Positions 13,043-28,346 of a stretch of DNA of 64,000 bases are shown in pieces (the stretch's first letter is position 1; every line of letters starts with the position of its first letter). Below the pieces are notes generated by a model, which ran no database searches, was not told the DNA's origin, and saw only the letters and a list, made by a program, of their open reading frames with translations. The stretch is from Eledone cirrhosa (lineage: Eukaryota). The stretch lies in NCBI GenBank assembly GCA_964016885.1, contig OZ024741.1:67456001-67520000 (forward strand), written 5' to 3'. The translations under genes were made by a program, and so were the position numbers.

Positions 13043-13236
13043 TTAATTTAGTAGATAATTTATGTAATATTCATTTATTATTTATTCAAAGTAATCTAAC
13101 TTATTTTCCTATCGGGATAAAAATATATATTCACTGTCCCGCACTCTTTTATCATAGTTATGATAATAATGATATATTAAAATTACATTAATCTAGGATG
13201 CCTCTGCTAAAAATGTCGCAAGTCTTTTCGAATGCA

Positions 13237-13321
<85 letters not shown>

Positions 13322-13340
13322 CTTAAACTTTAATCTGTTA

Positions 13341-13504
<164 letters not shown>

Positions 13505-13812
13505 TAACAGATTAAAGTTTAAGCAAAGAATCGCTACATATACGTCAATACTCATCTTTTTCCATTTCTCCGAGGGTTCTTAATCCCACTATCAGGCTAA
13601 ATAATTTCTTTAATTTCTTTAGTCAACATACGGCGATAGCTAACATTTCTAATAATAATAATAATATATATATATATATATATATATGTGAATATAGACA
13701 TAGAATATTCGAAAATATTCTGTATGTTTATAATAAACATTTTGAAGACCTAATCGCTATAGAATAGAATACGTCACGTATTACAATTAGATTCTCGATA
13801 AAAGCAAGGGGA

Positions 13813-13855
13813 GTAATCTACGCGTTTCATTCTTGTTAGAAATCATCAGGACTAC
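13813..13855 (-). ncRNA. Minimal type I hammerhead (first of 7 minus-strand copies, every 310 bp)
   Basis: Reverse complement of the motif at 16251-16293. Confidence 0.8.
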
Positions 13856-16250
13856 ATATCCAGTGCTTCTATCGAGAATGACACAGCTAGAGACTTATAG
13901 AATACTTAGCTGTGTACAGGAACTGGTTTGAAAGAGCGGTTGCCGGTCCGGCAGAAATTAGAAATTGGAATAAATGCTCTGAAATAGCGATATATATGTG
14001 AATATAGACATAGAATATTCGAAAATATTCTGTATGTTTATAATAAACATTTTGAAGACCTAATCGCTATAGAATAGAATACGTCACGTATTACAATTAG
14101 ATTCTCGATAAAAGCAAGGGGAGTAATCTACGCGTTTCATTCTTGTTAGAAATCATCAGGACTACATATCCAGTGCTTCTATCGAGAATGACACAGCTAG
14201 AGACTTATAGAATACTTAGCTGTGTACAGGAACTGGTTTGAAAGAGCGGTTGCCGGTCCGGCAGAAATTAGAAATTGGAATAAATGCTCTGAAATAGCGA
14301 TATATATGTGAATATAGACATAGAATATTCGAAAATATTCTGTATGTTTATAATAAACATTTTGAAGACCTAATCGCTATAGAATAGAATACGTCACGTA
14401 TTACAATTAGATTCTCGATAAAAGCAAGGGGAGTAATCTACGCGTTTCATTCTTGTTAGAAATCATCAGGACTACATATCCAGTGCTTCTATCGAGAATG
14501 ACACAGCTAGAGACTTATAGAATACTTAGCTGTGTACAGGAACTGGTTTGAAAGAGCGGTTGCCGGTCCGGCAGAAATTAGAAATTGGAATAAATGCTCT
14601 GAAATAGCGATATATATGTGAATATAGACATAGAATATTCGAAAATATTCTGTATGTTTATAATAAACATTTTGAAGACCTAATCGCTATAGAATAGAAT
14701 ACGTCACGTATTACAATTAGATTCTCGATAAAAGCAAGGGGAGTAATCTACGCGTTTCATTCTTGTTAGAAATCATCAGGACTACATATCCAGTGCTTCT
14801 ATCGAGAATGACACAGCTAGAGACTTATAGAATACTTAGCTGTGTACAGGAACTGGTTTGAAAGAGCGGTTGCCGGTCCGGCAGAAATTAGAAATTGGAA
14901 TAAATGCTCTGAAATAGCGATATATATGTGAATATAGACATAGAATATTCGAAAATATTCTGTATGTTTATAATAAACATTTTGAAGACCTAATCGCTAT
15001 AGAATAGAATACGTCACGTATTACAATTAGATTCTCGATAAAAGCAAGGGGAGTAATCTACGCGTTTCATTCTTGTTAGAAATCATCAGGACTACATATC
15101 CAGTGCTTCTATCGAGAATGACACAGCTAGAGACTTATAGAATACTTAGCTGTGTACAGGAACTGGTTTGAAAGAGCGGTTGCCGGTCCGGCAGAAATTA
15201 GAAATTGGAATAAATGCTCTGAAATAGCGATATATATGTGAATATAGACATAGAATATTCGAAAATATTCTGTATGTTTATAATAAACATTTTGAAGACC
15301 TAATCGCTATAGAATAGAATACGTCACGTATTACAATTAGATTCTCGATAAAAGCAAGGGGAGTAATCTACGCGTTTCATTCTTGTTAGAAATCATCAGG
15401 ACTACATATCCAGTGCTTCTATCGAGAATGACACAGCTAGAGACTTATAGAATACTTAGCTGTGTACAGGAACTGGTTTGAAAGAGCGGTTGCCGGTCCG
15501 GCAGAAATTAGAAATTGGAATAAATGCTCTGAAATAGCGATATATATGTGAATATAGACATAGAATATTCGAAAATATTCTGTATGTTTATAATAAACAT
15601 TTTGAAGACCTAATCGCTATAGAATAGAATACGTCACGTATTACAATTAGATTCTCGATAAAAGCAAGGGGAGTAATCTACGCGTTTCATTCTTGTTAGA
15701 AATCATCAGGACTACATATCCAGTGCTTCTATCGAGAATGACACAGCTAGAGACTTATAGAATACTTAGCTGTGTACAGGAACTGGTTTGAAAGAGCGGT
15801 TGCCGGTCCGGCAGAAATTAGAAATTGGAATAAATGCTCTGAAATAGCGATATATATGTGAATATAGACATAGAATATTCGAAAATATTCTGTATGTTTA
15901 TAATAAACATTTTGAAGACCTAATCGCTATAGAATAGAATACGTCACGTATTACAATTAGATTCTCGATAAAAGCAAGGTTACTCCCCTTGCTTTTATCG
16001 AGAATCTAATTGTAATACGTGACGTATTCTATTCTATAGCGATTAGGTCTTCAAAATGTTTATTATAAACATACAGAATATTTTCGAATATTCTATGTCT
16101 ATATTCACATATATATCGCTATTTCAGAGCATTTATTCCAATTTCTAATTTCTGCCGGACCGGCAACCGCTCTTTCAAACCAGTTCCTGTACACAGCTAA
16201 GTATTCTATAAGTCTCTAGCTGTGTCATTCTCGATAGAAGCACTGGATAT

Positions 16251-16293
16251 GTAGTCCTGATGATTTCTAACAAGAATGAAACGCGTAGATTAC
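16251..16293 (+). ncRNA. Minimal type I hammerhead (first of 21 plus-strand copies, every 310 bp to 22451-22493)
   Basis: GTAGTC-CTGATGA-TTTCT-AACA-AGAAT-GAAA-CGCG-TA-GATTAC: 6-bp stem I, canonical CUGAUGA/GAAA core, palindromic CGCG stem III, GUA triplet. Predicted cut after 16287. Confidence 0.85.
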
Positions 16294-19200
16294 TCCCCTT
16301 GCTTTTATCGAGAATCTAATTGTAATACGTGACGTATTCTATTCTATAGCGATTAGGTCTTCAAAATGTTTATTATAAACATACAGAATATTTTCGAATA
16401 TTCTATGTCTATATTCACATATATATCGCTATTTCAGAGCATTTATTCCAATTTCTAATTTCTGCCGGACCGGCAACCGCTCTTTCAAACCAGTTCCTGT
16501 ACACAGCTAAGTATTCTATAAGTCTCTAGCTGTGTCATTCTCGATAGAAGCACTGGATATGTAGTCCTGATGATTTCTAACAAGAATGAAACGCGTAGAT
16601 TACTCCCCTTGCTTTTATCGAGAATCTAATTGTAATACGTGACGTATTCTATTCTATAGCGATTAGGTCTTCAAAATGTTTATTATAAACATACAGAATA
16701 TTTTCGAATATTCTATGTCTATATTCACATATATATCGCTATTTCAGAGCATTTATTCCAATTTCTAATTTCTGCCGGACCGGCAACCGCTCTTTCAAAC
16801 CAGTTCCTGTACACAGCTAAGTATTCTATAAGTCTCTAGCTGTGTCATTCTCGATAGAAGCACTGGATATGTAGTCCTGATGATTTCTAACAAGAATGAA
16901 ACGCGTAGATTACTCCCCTTGCTTTTATCGAGAATCTAATTGTAATACGTGACGTATTCTATTCTATAGCGATTAGGTCTTCAAAATGTTTATTATAAAC
17001 ATACAGAATATTTTCGAATATTCTATGTCTATATTCACATATATATCGCTATTTCAGAGCATTTATTCCAATTTCTAATTTCTGCCGGACCGGCAACCGC
17101 TCTTTCAAACCAGTTCCTGTACACAGCTAAGTATTCTATAAGTCTCTAGCTGTGTCATTCTCGATAGAAGCACTGGATATGTAGTCCTGATGATTTCTAA
17201 CAAGAATGAAACGCGTAGATTACTCCCCTTGCTTTTATCGAGAATCTAATTGTAATACGTGACGTATTCTATTCTATAGCGATTAGGTCTTCAAAATGTT
17301 TATTATAAACATACAGAATATTTTCGAATATTCTATGTCTATATTCACATATATATCGCTATTTCAGAGCATTTATTCCAATTTCTAATTTCTGCCGGAC
17401 CGGCAACCGCTCTTTCAAACCAGTTCCTGTACACAGCTAAGTATTCTATAAGTCTCTAGCTGTGTCATTCTCGATAGAAGCACTGGATATGTAGTCCTGA
17501 TGATTTCTAACAAGAATGAAACGCGTAGATTACTCCCCTTGCTTTTATCGAGAATCTAATTGTAATACGTGACGTATTCTATTCTATAGCGATTAGGTCT
17601 TCAAAATGTTTATTATAAACATACAGAATATTTTCGAATATTCTATGTCTATATTCACATATATATCGCTATTTCAGAGCATTTATTCCAATTTCTAATT
17701 TCTGCCGGACCGGCAACCGCTCTTTCAAACCAGTTCCTGTACACAGCTAAGTATTCTATAAGTCTCTAGCTGTGTCATTCTCGATAGAAGCACTGGATAT
17801 GTAGTCCTGATGATTTCTAACAAGAATGAAACGCGTAGATTACTCCCCTTGCTTTTATCGAGAATCTAATTGTAATACGTGACGTATTCTATTCTATAGC
17901 GATTAGGTCTTCAAAATGTTTATTATAAACATACAGAATATTTTCGAATATTCTATGTCTATATTCACATATATATCGCTATTTCAGAGCATTTATTCCA
18001 ATTTCTAATTTCTGCCGGACCGGCAACCGCTCTTTCAAACCAGTTCCTGTACACAGCTAAGTATTCTATAAGTCTCTAGCTGTGTCATTCTCGATAGAAG
18101 CACTGGATATGTAGTCCTGATGATTTCTAACAAGAATGAAACGCGTAGATTACTCCCCTTGCTTTTATCGAGAATCTAATTGTAATACGTGACGTATTCT
18201 ATTCTATAGCGATTAGGTCTTCAAAATGTTTATTATAAACATACAGAATATTTTCGAATATTCTATGTCTATATTCACATATATATCGCTATTTCAGAGC
18301 ATTTATTCCAATTTCTAATTTCTGCCGGACCGGCAACCGCTCTTTCAAACCAGTTCCTGTACACAGCTAAGTATTCTATAAGTCTCTAGCTGTGTCATTC
18401 TCGATAGAAGCACTGGATATGTAGTCCTGATGATTTCTAACAAGAATGAAACGCGTAGATTACTCCCCTTGCTTTTATCGAGAATCTAATTGTAATACGT
18501 GACGTATTCTATTCTATAGCGATTAGGTCTTCAAAATGTTTATTATAAACATACAGAATATTTTCGAATATTCTATGTCTATATTCACATATATATCGCT
18601 ATTTCAGAGCATTTATTCCAATTTCTAATTTCTGCCGGACCGGCAACCGCTCTTTCAAACCAGTTCCTGTACACAGCTAAGTATTCTATAAGTCTCTAGC
18701 TGTGTCATTCTCGATAGAAGCACTGGATATGTAGTCCTGATGATTTCTAACAAGAATGAAACGCGTAGATTACTCCCCTTGCTTTTATCGAGAATCTAAT
18801 TGTAATACGTGACGTATTCTATTCTATAGCGATTAGGTCTTCAAAATGTTTATTATAAACATACAGAATATTTTCGAATATTCTATGTCTATATTCACAT
18901 ATATATCGCTATTTCAGAGCATTTATTCCAATTTCTAATTTCTGCCGGACCGGCAACCGCTCTTTCAAACCAGTTCCTGTACACAGCTAAGTATTCTATA
19001 AGTCTCTAGCTGTGTCATTCTCGATAGAAGCACTGGATATGTAGTCCTGATGATTTCTAACAAGAATGAAACGCGTAGATTACTCCCCTTGCTTTTATCG
19101 AGAATCTAATTGTAATACGTGACGTATTCTATTCTATAGCGATTAGGTCTTCAAAATGTTTATTATAAACATACAGAATATTTTCGAATATTCTATGTCT

Positions 19201-22200
19201 ATATTCACATATATATCGCTATTTCAGAGCATTTATTCCAATTTCTAATTTCTGCCGGACCGGCAACCGCTCTTTCAAACCAGTTCCTGTACACAGCTAA
19301 GTATTCTATAAGTCTCTAGCTGTGTCATTCTCGATAGAAGCACTGGATATGTAGTCCTGATGATTTCTAACAAGAATGAAACGCGTAGATTACTCCCCTT
19401 GCTTTTATCGAGAATCTAATTGTAATACGTGACGTATTCTATTCTATAGCGATTAGGTCTTCAAAATGTTTATTATAAACATACAGAATATTTTCGAATA
19501 TTCTATGTCTATATTCACATATATATCGCTATTTCAGAGCATTTATTCCAATTTCTAATTTCTGCCGGACCGGCAACCGCTCTTTCAAACCAGTTCCTGT
19601 ACACAGCTAAGTATTCTATAAGTCTCTAGCTGTGTCATTCTCGATAGAAGCACTGGATATGTAGTCCTGATGATTTCTAACAAGAATGAAACGCGTAGAT
19701 TACTCCCCTTGCTTTTATCGAGAATCTAATTGTAATACGTGACGTATTCTATTCTATAGCGATTAGGTCTTCAAAATGTTTATTATAAACATACAGAATA
19801 TTTTCGAATATTCTATGTCTATATTCACATATATATCGCTATTTCAGAGCATTTATTCCAATTTCTAATTTCTGCCGGACCGGCAACCGCTCTTTCAAAC
19901 CAGTTCCTGTACACAGCTAAGTATTCTATAAGTCTCTAGCTGTGTCATTCTCGATAGAAGCACTGGATATGTAGTCCTGATGATTTCTAACAAGAATGAA
20001 ACGCGTAGATTACTCCCCTTGCTTTTATCGAGAATCTAATTGTAATACGTGACGTATTCTATTCTATAGCGATTAGGTCTTCAAAATGTTTATTATAAAC
20101 ATACAGAATATTTTCGAATATTCTATGTCTATATTCACATATATATCGCTATTTCAGAGCATTTATTCCAATTTCTAATTTCTGCCGGACCGGCAACCGC
20201 TCTTTCAAACCAGTTCCTGTACACAGCTAAGTATTCTATAAGTCTCTAGCTGTGTCATTCTCGATAGAAGCACTGGATATGTAGTCCTGATGATTTCTAA
20301 CAAGAATGAAACGCGTAGATTACTCCCCTTGCTTTTATCGAGAATCTAATTGTAATACGTGACGTATTCTATTCTATAGCGATTAGGTCTTCAAAATGTT
20401 TATTATAAACATACAGAATATTTTCGAATATTCTATGTCTATATTCACATATATATCGCTATTTCAGAGCATTTATTCCAATTTCTAATTTCTGCCGGAC
20501 CGGCAACCGCTCTTTCAAACCAGTTCCTGTACACAGCTAAGTATTCTATAAGTCTCTAGCTGTGTCATTCTCGATAGAAGCACTGGATATGTAGTCCTGA
20601 TGATTTCTAACAAGAATGAAACGCGTAGATTACTCCCCTTGCTTTTATCGAGAATCTAATTGTAATACGTGACGTATTCTATTCTATAGCGATTAGGTCT
20701 TCAAAATGTTTATTATAAACATACAGAATATTTTCGAATATTCTATGTCTATATTCACATATATATCGCTATTTCAGAGCATTTATTCCAATTTCTAATT
20801 TCTGCCGGACCGGCAACCGCTCTTTCAAACCAGTTCCTGTACACAGCTAAGTATTCTATAAGTCTCTAGCTGTGTCATTCTCGATAGAAGCACTGGATAT
20901 GTAGTCCTGATGATTTCTAACAAGAATGAAACGCGTAGATTACTCCCCTTGCTTTTATCGAGAATCTAATTGTAATACGTGACGTATTCTATTCTATAGC
21001 GATTAGGTCTTCAAAATGTTTATTATAAACATACAGAATATTTTCGAATATTCTATGTCTATATTCACATATATATCGCTATTTCAGAGCATTTATTCCA
21101 ATTTCTAATTTCTGCCGGACCGGCAACCGCTCTTTCAAACCAGTTCCTGTACACAGCTAAGTATTCTATAAGTCTCTAGCTGTGTCATTCTCGATAGAAG
21201 CACTGGATATGTAGTCCTGATGATTTCTAACAAGAATGAAACGCGTAGATTACTCCCCTTGCTTTTATCGAGAATCTAATTGTAATACGTGACATATTCT
21301 ATTCTATAGCGATTAGGTCTTCAAAATGTTTATTATAAACATACAGAATATTTTCGAATATTCTATGTCTATATTCACATATATATCGCTATTTCAGAGC
21401 ATTTATTCCAATTTCTAATTTCTGCCGGACCGGCAACCGCTCTTTCAAACCAGTTCCTGTACACAGCTAAGTATTCTATAAGTCTCTAGCTGTGTCATTC
21501 TCGATAGAAGCACTGGATATGTAGTCCTGATGATTTCTAACAAGAATGAAACGCGTAGATTACTCCCCTTGCTTTTATCGAGAATCTAATTGTAATACGT
21601 GACGTATTCTATTCTATAGCGATTAGGTCTTCAAAATGTTTATTATAAACATACAGAATATTTTCGAATATTCTATGTCTATATTCACATATATATCGCT
21701 ATTTCAGAGCATTTATTCCAATTTCTAATTTCTGCCGGACCGGCAACCGCTCTTTCAAACCAGTTCCTGTACACAGCTAAGTATTCTATAAGTCTCTAGC
21801 TGTGTCATTCTCGATAGAAGCACTGGATATGTAGTCCTGATGATTTCTAACAAGAATGAAACGCGTAGATTACTCCCCTTGCTTTTATCGAGAATCTAAT
21901 TGTAATACGTGACGTATTCTATTCTATAGCGATTAGGTCTTCAAAATGTTTATTATAAACATACAGAATATTTTCGAATATTCTATGTCTATATTCACAT
22001 ATATATCGCTATTTCAGAGCATTTATTCCAATTTCTAATTTCTGCCGGACCGGCAACCGCTCTTTCAAACCAGTTCCTGTACACAGCTAAGTATTCTATA
22101 AGTCTCTAGCTGTGTCATTCTCGATAGAAGCACTGGATATGTAGTCCTGATGATTTCTAACAAGAATGAAACGCGTAGATTACTCCCCTTGCTTTTATCG

Positions 22201-22646
22201 AGAATCTAATTGTAATACGTGACGTATTCTATTCTATAGCGATTAGGTCTTCAAAATGTTTATTATAAACATACAGAATATTTTCGAATATTCTATGTCT
22301 ATATTCACATATATATCGCTATTTCAGAGCATTTATTCCAATTTCTAATTTCTGCCGGACCGGCAACCGCTCTTTCAAACCAGTTCCTGTACACAGCTAA
22401 GTATTCTATAAGTCTCTAGCTGTGTCATTCTCGATAGAAGCACTGGATATGTAGTCCTGATGATTTCTAACAAGAATGAAACGCGTAGATTACTCCCCTT
22501 GCTTTTATCGAGAATCTAATTGTAATACGTGACGTATTCTATTCTATAGCGATTAGGTCTTCAAAATGTTTATTATAAACATACAGAATATTTTCGAATA
22601 TTCTATGTCTATATTCACATATATATCGCTATTTCAGAGCATTTAT

Positions 22647-22698
<52 letters not shown>

Positions 22699-23878
22699 TT
22701 CGTAGCTGTTGATTAAACATAAATATTCTTTTATAATGATTGTTTAATTTAAGATTCACTTTCTTTTTAAATTTTCAAATTTCTACACTTCCGGTTAGCG
22801 TCCGTTATATCATAGCACTTATTACATTGCTTATATAAACATCCATATATTTGCATCGTTATATAAGGTTTCATTACATTTCACGATAATACAATATCGT
22901 CTTTTTTAAATGTATCATGGATTACTTTACTGATTACAGAAGAAAGTGTACCGCAGTCTCTCTCTTCAATTTCTGTGCATATTGTCAATTATTATTTTAT
23001 TTGACTTATCATATACATGTATATTTATATGTATACAGTGGGGATTTCAGAAACTCAGAAGCCAATGCAATTTTCCCATCTAGCTTCCTATATAGCTGCT
23101 CAACGGAAACGATGCCTGGATAATTCGCTTCGGGGCACATCATATTGATTCGTTTATAGGAAAGTGGCACCCATATAGAATAAACAGGCGGATAACAATC
23201 AAAGAAATTTATGAGTTCCAACAGTTTAAATAAGAAAGAGTTGAAACACATTTCCAGCATCTGACCAAAATATTTTGGTTAACCAGAAATATTTTGGTTT
23301 AGACATCCGAAAAAATATGCCAACAACCTGTATTGAAAATTGATTTTAGGCTAAGTAGGAATACTTCGAACCTTTCAAATGATAGCCGGTACTGTCCAGT
23401 CCAAATAGAGGCAAGTTCTGCCACTGCTATCTGTCACGAAAAATTCTGTCAGGGTGTTTGGCTGGAGGATGCTAAAAATTGCAGTAGTTCATCACTCGCC
23501 AAATCAAAAGCAACTCAACCGGTCAAGTTATACATATGCATATATATATATCAATACTATTAATAAATGGCAAATATCGTTATAAAACCATATTTATTTT
23601 ATTATACATATTTCAAGGGTACTAATATTTTAGTACGCTTTCGTCAGATAAAATATAATAATTGATGTTAAGATAGTGACATATCTTCTTGGGAACTTAT
23701 AACATTAAGTTCACATGAAGTACCGTTGAAATACGTATAATAAAATAAATATGACTTTATAAAGATATTTTCCATTTATTAATATTATTGATATCAATGA
23801 TACTCCAGATAAATACAGTTGAGAGCTTCTGTTGTAAAATTAACTTTATTGAACAATCAACAAACCAAATAACTCATT

Positions 23879-23929
<51 letters not shown>

Positions 23930-24075
23930 TAAACAAATAATGAATAAACAATGAGACAGTTCCTTATATTAAACAAAAAAAGTTCATTATTTAACGATCG
24001 TTTCTAGGATATATATGTGTTAGAATTGGCATGCATATTCAACAGATCTATATATATATAGTTTTAATATAGATG

Positions 24076-24126
24076 AGATTCTACAGGACTAGAACTGTTT
24101 CATTCTTTAGAAATCATCAGGAATCT
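24076..24126 (-). ncRNA. Type I hammerhead ribozyme
   Basis: Inverse of 28179-28229. Confidence 0.8.
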
Positions 24127-24679
24127 GGGTATCAAAAAATAAATATGGTATTTATAGGTCTCTACAAGTGGTAGGAGAGGGTGGGGAGTGGGATGGGTGT
24201 AGCTCATTGGTTGATAGAAAAGGGAATTCATTAAAAGCTAATTCTACAAAGCTATAGTTTATTTTTATTATTTTTGTTTTTAGAGTAACAAAGGCAGACA
24301 GAATTCTATAAACAGGTTCCGGATGGCATACCATTCCTTGTCATTAAGTTTCTCTTAAGCTAACAGATGTCTATAAGATCAGTGGGGGGGTCAGTCATGG
24401 TAGATAGAATTAAAGGAAAGGGAGATTCTTTAAAAGCTAAATTCATTAAGGTTCTACTAAGTGACAAAGCTTTAGAGAATTCTGTAGACAGATTCAAAAT
24501 ACTGAGTGCATATCTTACAATTATCTTCGAACTTCTCTTAAACTAATCAACTATATGCCACAAATCAAGTGGCACATTCACAAAAAAACACACTCACTCA
24601 CACACTCGCGCGCAACCATAAACACACATACACATACACATATACACACATAAAAACACACACACATATATAAATATAT

Positions 24680-24756
<77 letters not shown>

Positions 24757-24766
24757 CATACACACA

Positions 24767-24810
<44 letters not shown>

Positions 24811-24897
24811 TATATATACACTCACACACATACATACATACACACAAATATACATGTGTATACATATACACATACATACACATACATATATATATAT

Positions 24898-24930
<33 letters not shown>

Positions 24931-24992
24931 CAATACATACATATACACACATATATATATATACATATACATATACAAACACATACACACAA

Positions 24993-25032
<40 letters not shown>

Positions 25033-25261
25033 TAATAATTTATATATATATATACATATACATAAACAAATATATACATATACATACACACACACACACA
25101 TACATACATATATATATACACACACACACACACATGTACACATATATAAGGAAAAAGCACCATACATACATATATATATATATATATATACATATATATA
25201 CATATATATATATATAGAGAGAGAGAGATACAACATTCATACATATATTCATATATACATA

Positions 25262-25303
<42 letters not shown>

Positions 25304-25553
25304 TACACACACATACATACACATATACACAAATACATACACATATATACACACATATACATATACATATATACATATATATGTATACACATATACATAT
25401 ATATACATATATATATACACAAACATACATATACACATATATATACACATACACACACACAATATATATACACATATATACATATACACACACACACATA
25501 CACACATACACACATACATACATACATACATATACAAATATATATACATACAT

Positions 25554-25664
<111 letters not shown>

Positions 25665-25687
25665 TATATATACACACACACATATAC

Positions 25688-25718
<31 letters not shown>

Positions 25719-25920
25719 TACACATGCATATATATAAATATATATATATATATATCTATATATATACATATATACACATACATACACAGACATATACATA
25801 AATATACACATATATACAAACATATATACGCATATATACACACATATATACACATATATACACGCATACACACACACACACACAAATATATATACACACT
25901 CTCTCTCTCACGCACATCTA

Positions 25921-25964
<44 letters not shown>

Positions 25965-26039
25965 AATATATACATATATATATATATATATACACCTGCA
26001 CACACACACATATATATACACACACACACATACACACAT

Positions 26040-26108
<69 letters not shown>

Positions 26109-26503
26109 AATATACATACATATACATATATACATACATACACATACACATACATACACATATATACACATATATATATATACATATATATATACACATA
26201 TATATACATATATACATATATATACATACATAAATATACACACATAAAACACATATACACACATACATATATATATATACATACACATACACACACACAC
26301 ATACACACAAATATATACACATACAAATAAATAAGTACTCAATAAATATACGCATATACGCGGGCACATAAAAACACCTCTACAGGCAGAAAATGTAGAT
26401 AGGAGAGAGGTACTCACATAACCAAAGTGGTCGTATTTCAGGTTGAGGAGGGGTGGGGGTAGGGTTGGAAGGAGGTATAGGGGCCAATAGGGGGAGGTCG
26501 TTT

Positions 26504-26830
26504 TTAGCCATCGGGCTTTAACACTGGCTTAAAGTGTTTGAAAGTTGCAAAGTTCTTGTGCATGCAGTTCGGGCAGTGTTCAGAGAGTTTGTTCAGTAGC
26601 GGGCTCTTGGCGAATAAAATTTCGTAGCTCTCTGAAATACAAAGGTCGCAGCCCTTGTGTCCTCCGTTGTAAGAGCGCGCTTTCTGGAGTATTTTCCATT
26701 TAAGCGTGAAGGGGGTGGAGTTCCTTTTGAGGTCCCAAACATAGGAGGCGAGTGTTGTCTGATTTGATTTGTCCGGTATACTGAAGGAGTGGGTATGGGC
26801 ATACCAACGGGTCTTAAAGTTGTTGGAGGT
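26504..26830 (-). pseudogene. PLE GIY-YIG endonuclease C-terminal part (open frame, no start, absent from ORF track)
   Basis: [16 protein letters not shown]...[11 protein letters not shown]...[30 protein letters not shown]...LLNK...CMHK, homologous to 39020-39350. Confidence 0.85.
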
Positions 26831-26885
26831 ATATATATGTATATATATGTATATGTGTATATATATGTATATATATGTATATGTG

Positions 26886-26917
<32 letters not shown>

Positions 26918-26955
26918 TATATGTATATGTGTATATATATATATATGTATATGTG

Positions 26956-27020
<65 letters not shown>

Positions 27021-27155
27021 GTGTGTATATATGTGTATGTATTTGTGTATATGTGTATGTATGTGTGTGTATGTGTGTGTATATATATATATTTTATATA
27101 TATATATATATATATATGTGTGTATGTATATATGAATATATGTATGAATGGTGTA

Positions 27156-27189
<34 letters not shown>

Positions 27190-27301
27190 TGTATGTATGG
27201 TGCTTTTTCCTTATATATGTGTACATGTGTGTGTGTATATATATATGTATGTATGTGTGTGTGTGTGTGTATGTATATGTATATATTTGTTTATGTATGT
27301 G

Positions 27302-27334
<33 letters not shown>

Positions 27335-27394
27335 TTGTGTGTATGTGTGTGTATATGTATATGTATATATATATGTGTGTATATGTATGTCTTG

Positions 27395-27427
<33 letters not shown>

Positions 27428-27518
27428 ATATATATATATGTATGTGTATGTATGTGTATATGTATACACAAGTATATTTGTATGTATGTATGTATATGTG
27501 TGAGTGTATATATATGTG

Positions 27519-27558
<40 letters not shown>

Positions 27559-28178
27559 TGTGTGTATGTGTATATATATATATATATATATGTATATATG
27601 TGTGTATATATATATATATATATAAATATATTTATATATGTGTGTGTGTTTTTATGTGTGTATATGTGTATGTGTATGTGTGTTTATGGTTGCGCGCGAG
27701 TGTGTGAGTGGGTGTGTTTTTTTGTGAATGTGTCTGTTGATTTTTGGCATATAGTTGATTAGTTTAAGAGAAGTTCGAAGATAATTGTAAGATATGCACT
27801 CAGTATTTTGAATCTGTCTACAGAATTCTCTAAACCTTTGTCACTTAGTAGAACCTTAATGAATTTAGCTTTTAAAGAATCTCCCTTTCCTTTAATTCTA
27901 TCTACCATGACTGACCCCCCACTGATCTTATAGACATCTGTTAGCTTAAGAGAAACTTAATGACAAGGAATGGTATGCCATCCGGAACCTGTTTATAGAA
28001 TTTTGTCTGCCTTTGTTACTCTAAAAACAAAAATTAATAAAAATAAACTATAGCTTTGTAGAATTAGCTTTCAATGAATTCACTTTTCTATCAACCAATG
28101 GCCTACACCCATCCCACTCCCCACCCTCTCCTACCACTTGTAGAGACCTATAAATACCATATTTATTTTTTGATACCC

Positions 28179-28229
28179 AGATTCCTGATGATTTCTAAAG
28201 AATGAAACAGTTCTAGTCCTGTAGAATCT
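28179..28229 (+). ncRNA. Type I hammerhead ribozyme
   Basis: AGATTC-CTGATGA-TTTCT-AA-AGAAT-GAAA-CAG-TTCTAGTC-CTG-TA-GAATCT: perfect 6-bp stem I, stem III CAG/CTG, GUA triplet. Confidence 0.8.
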
Positions 28230-28311
28230 CATCTATATTAAAACTTTTATACTCTGCAATGTATTGAGTACCTTACTTACTGTGGTTACCTCCGATTCAA
28301 CCCGGAATAAC

Positions 28312-28346
<35 letters not shown>

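Larger units (their letters stand above)
13680..22652. repeat. 310-bp tandem array with one hammerhead ribozyme per unit (non-LTR retrozyme-like satellite) in two inverted arms
   Basis: Left arm 13680-15979 (~7.4 units, HHR on minus); right arm 15980-22652 (~21.5 units, HHR on plus). Only one variant noticed (G>A at 21294). Both ends run into (TA)n. Confidence 0.95.

Noticed and set aside
13680-22652. CRISPR array or rDNA/5S/snRNA tandem cluster
   Set aside because: Units are identical with no unique spacers and no cas genes, and I recognise no rRNA or snRNA sequence.
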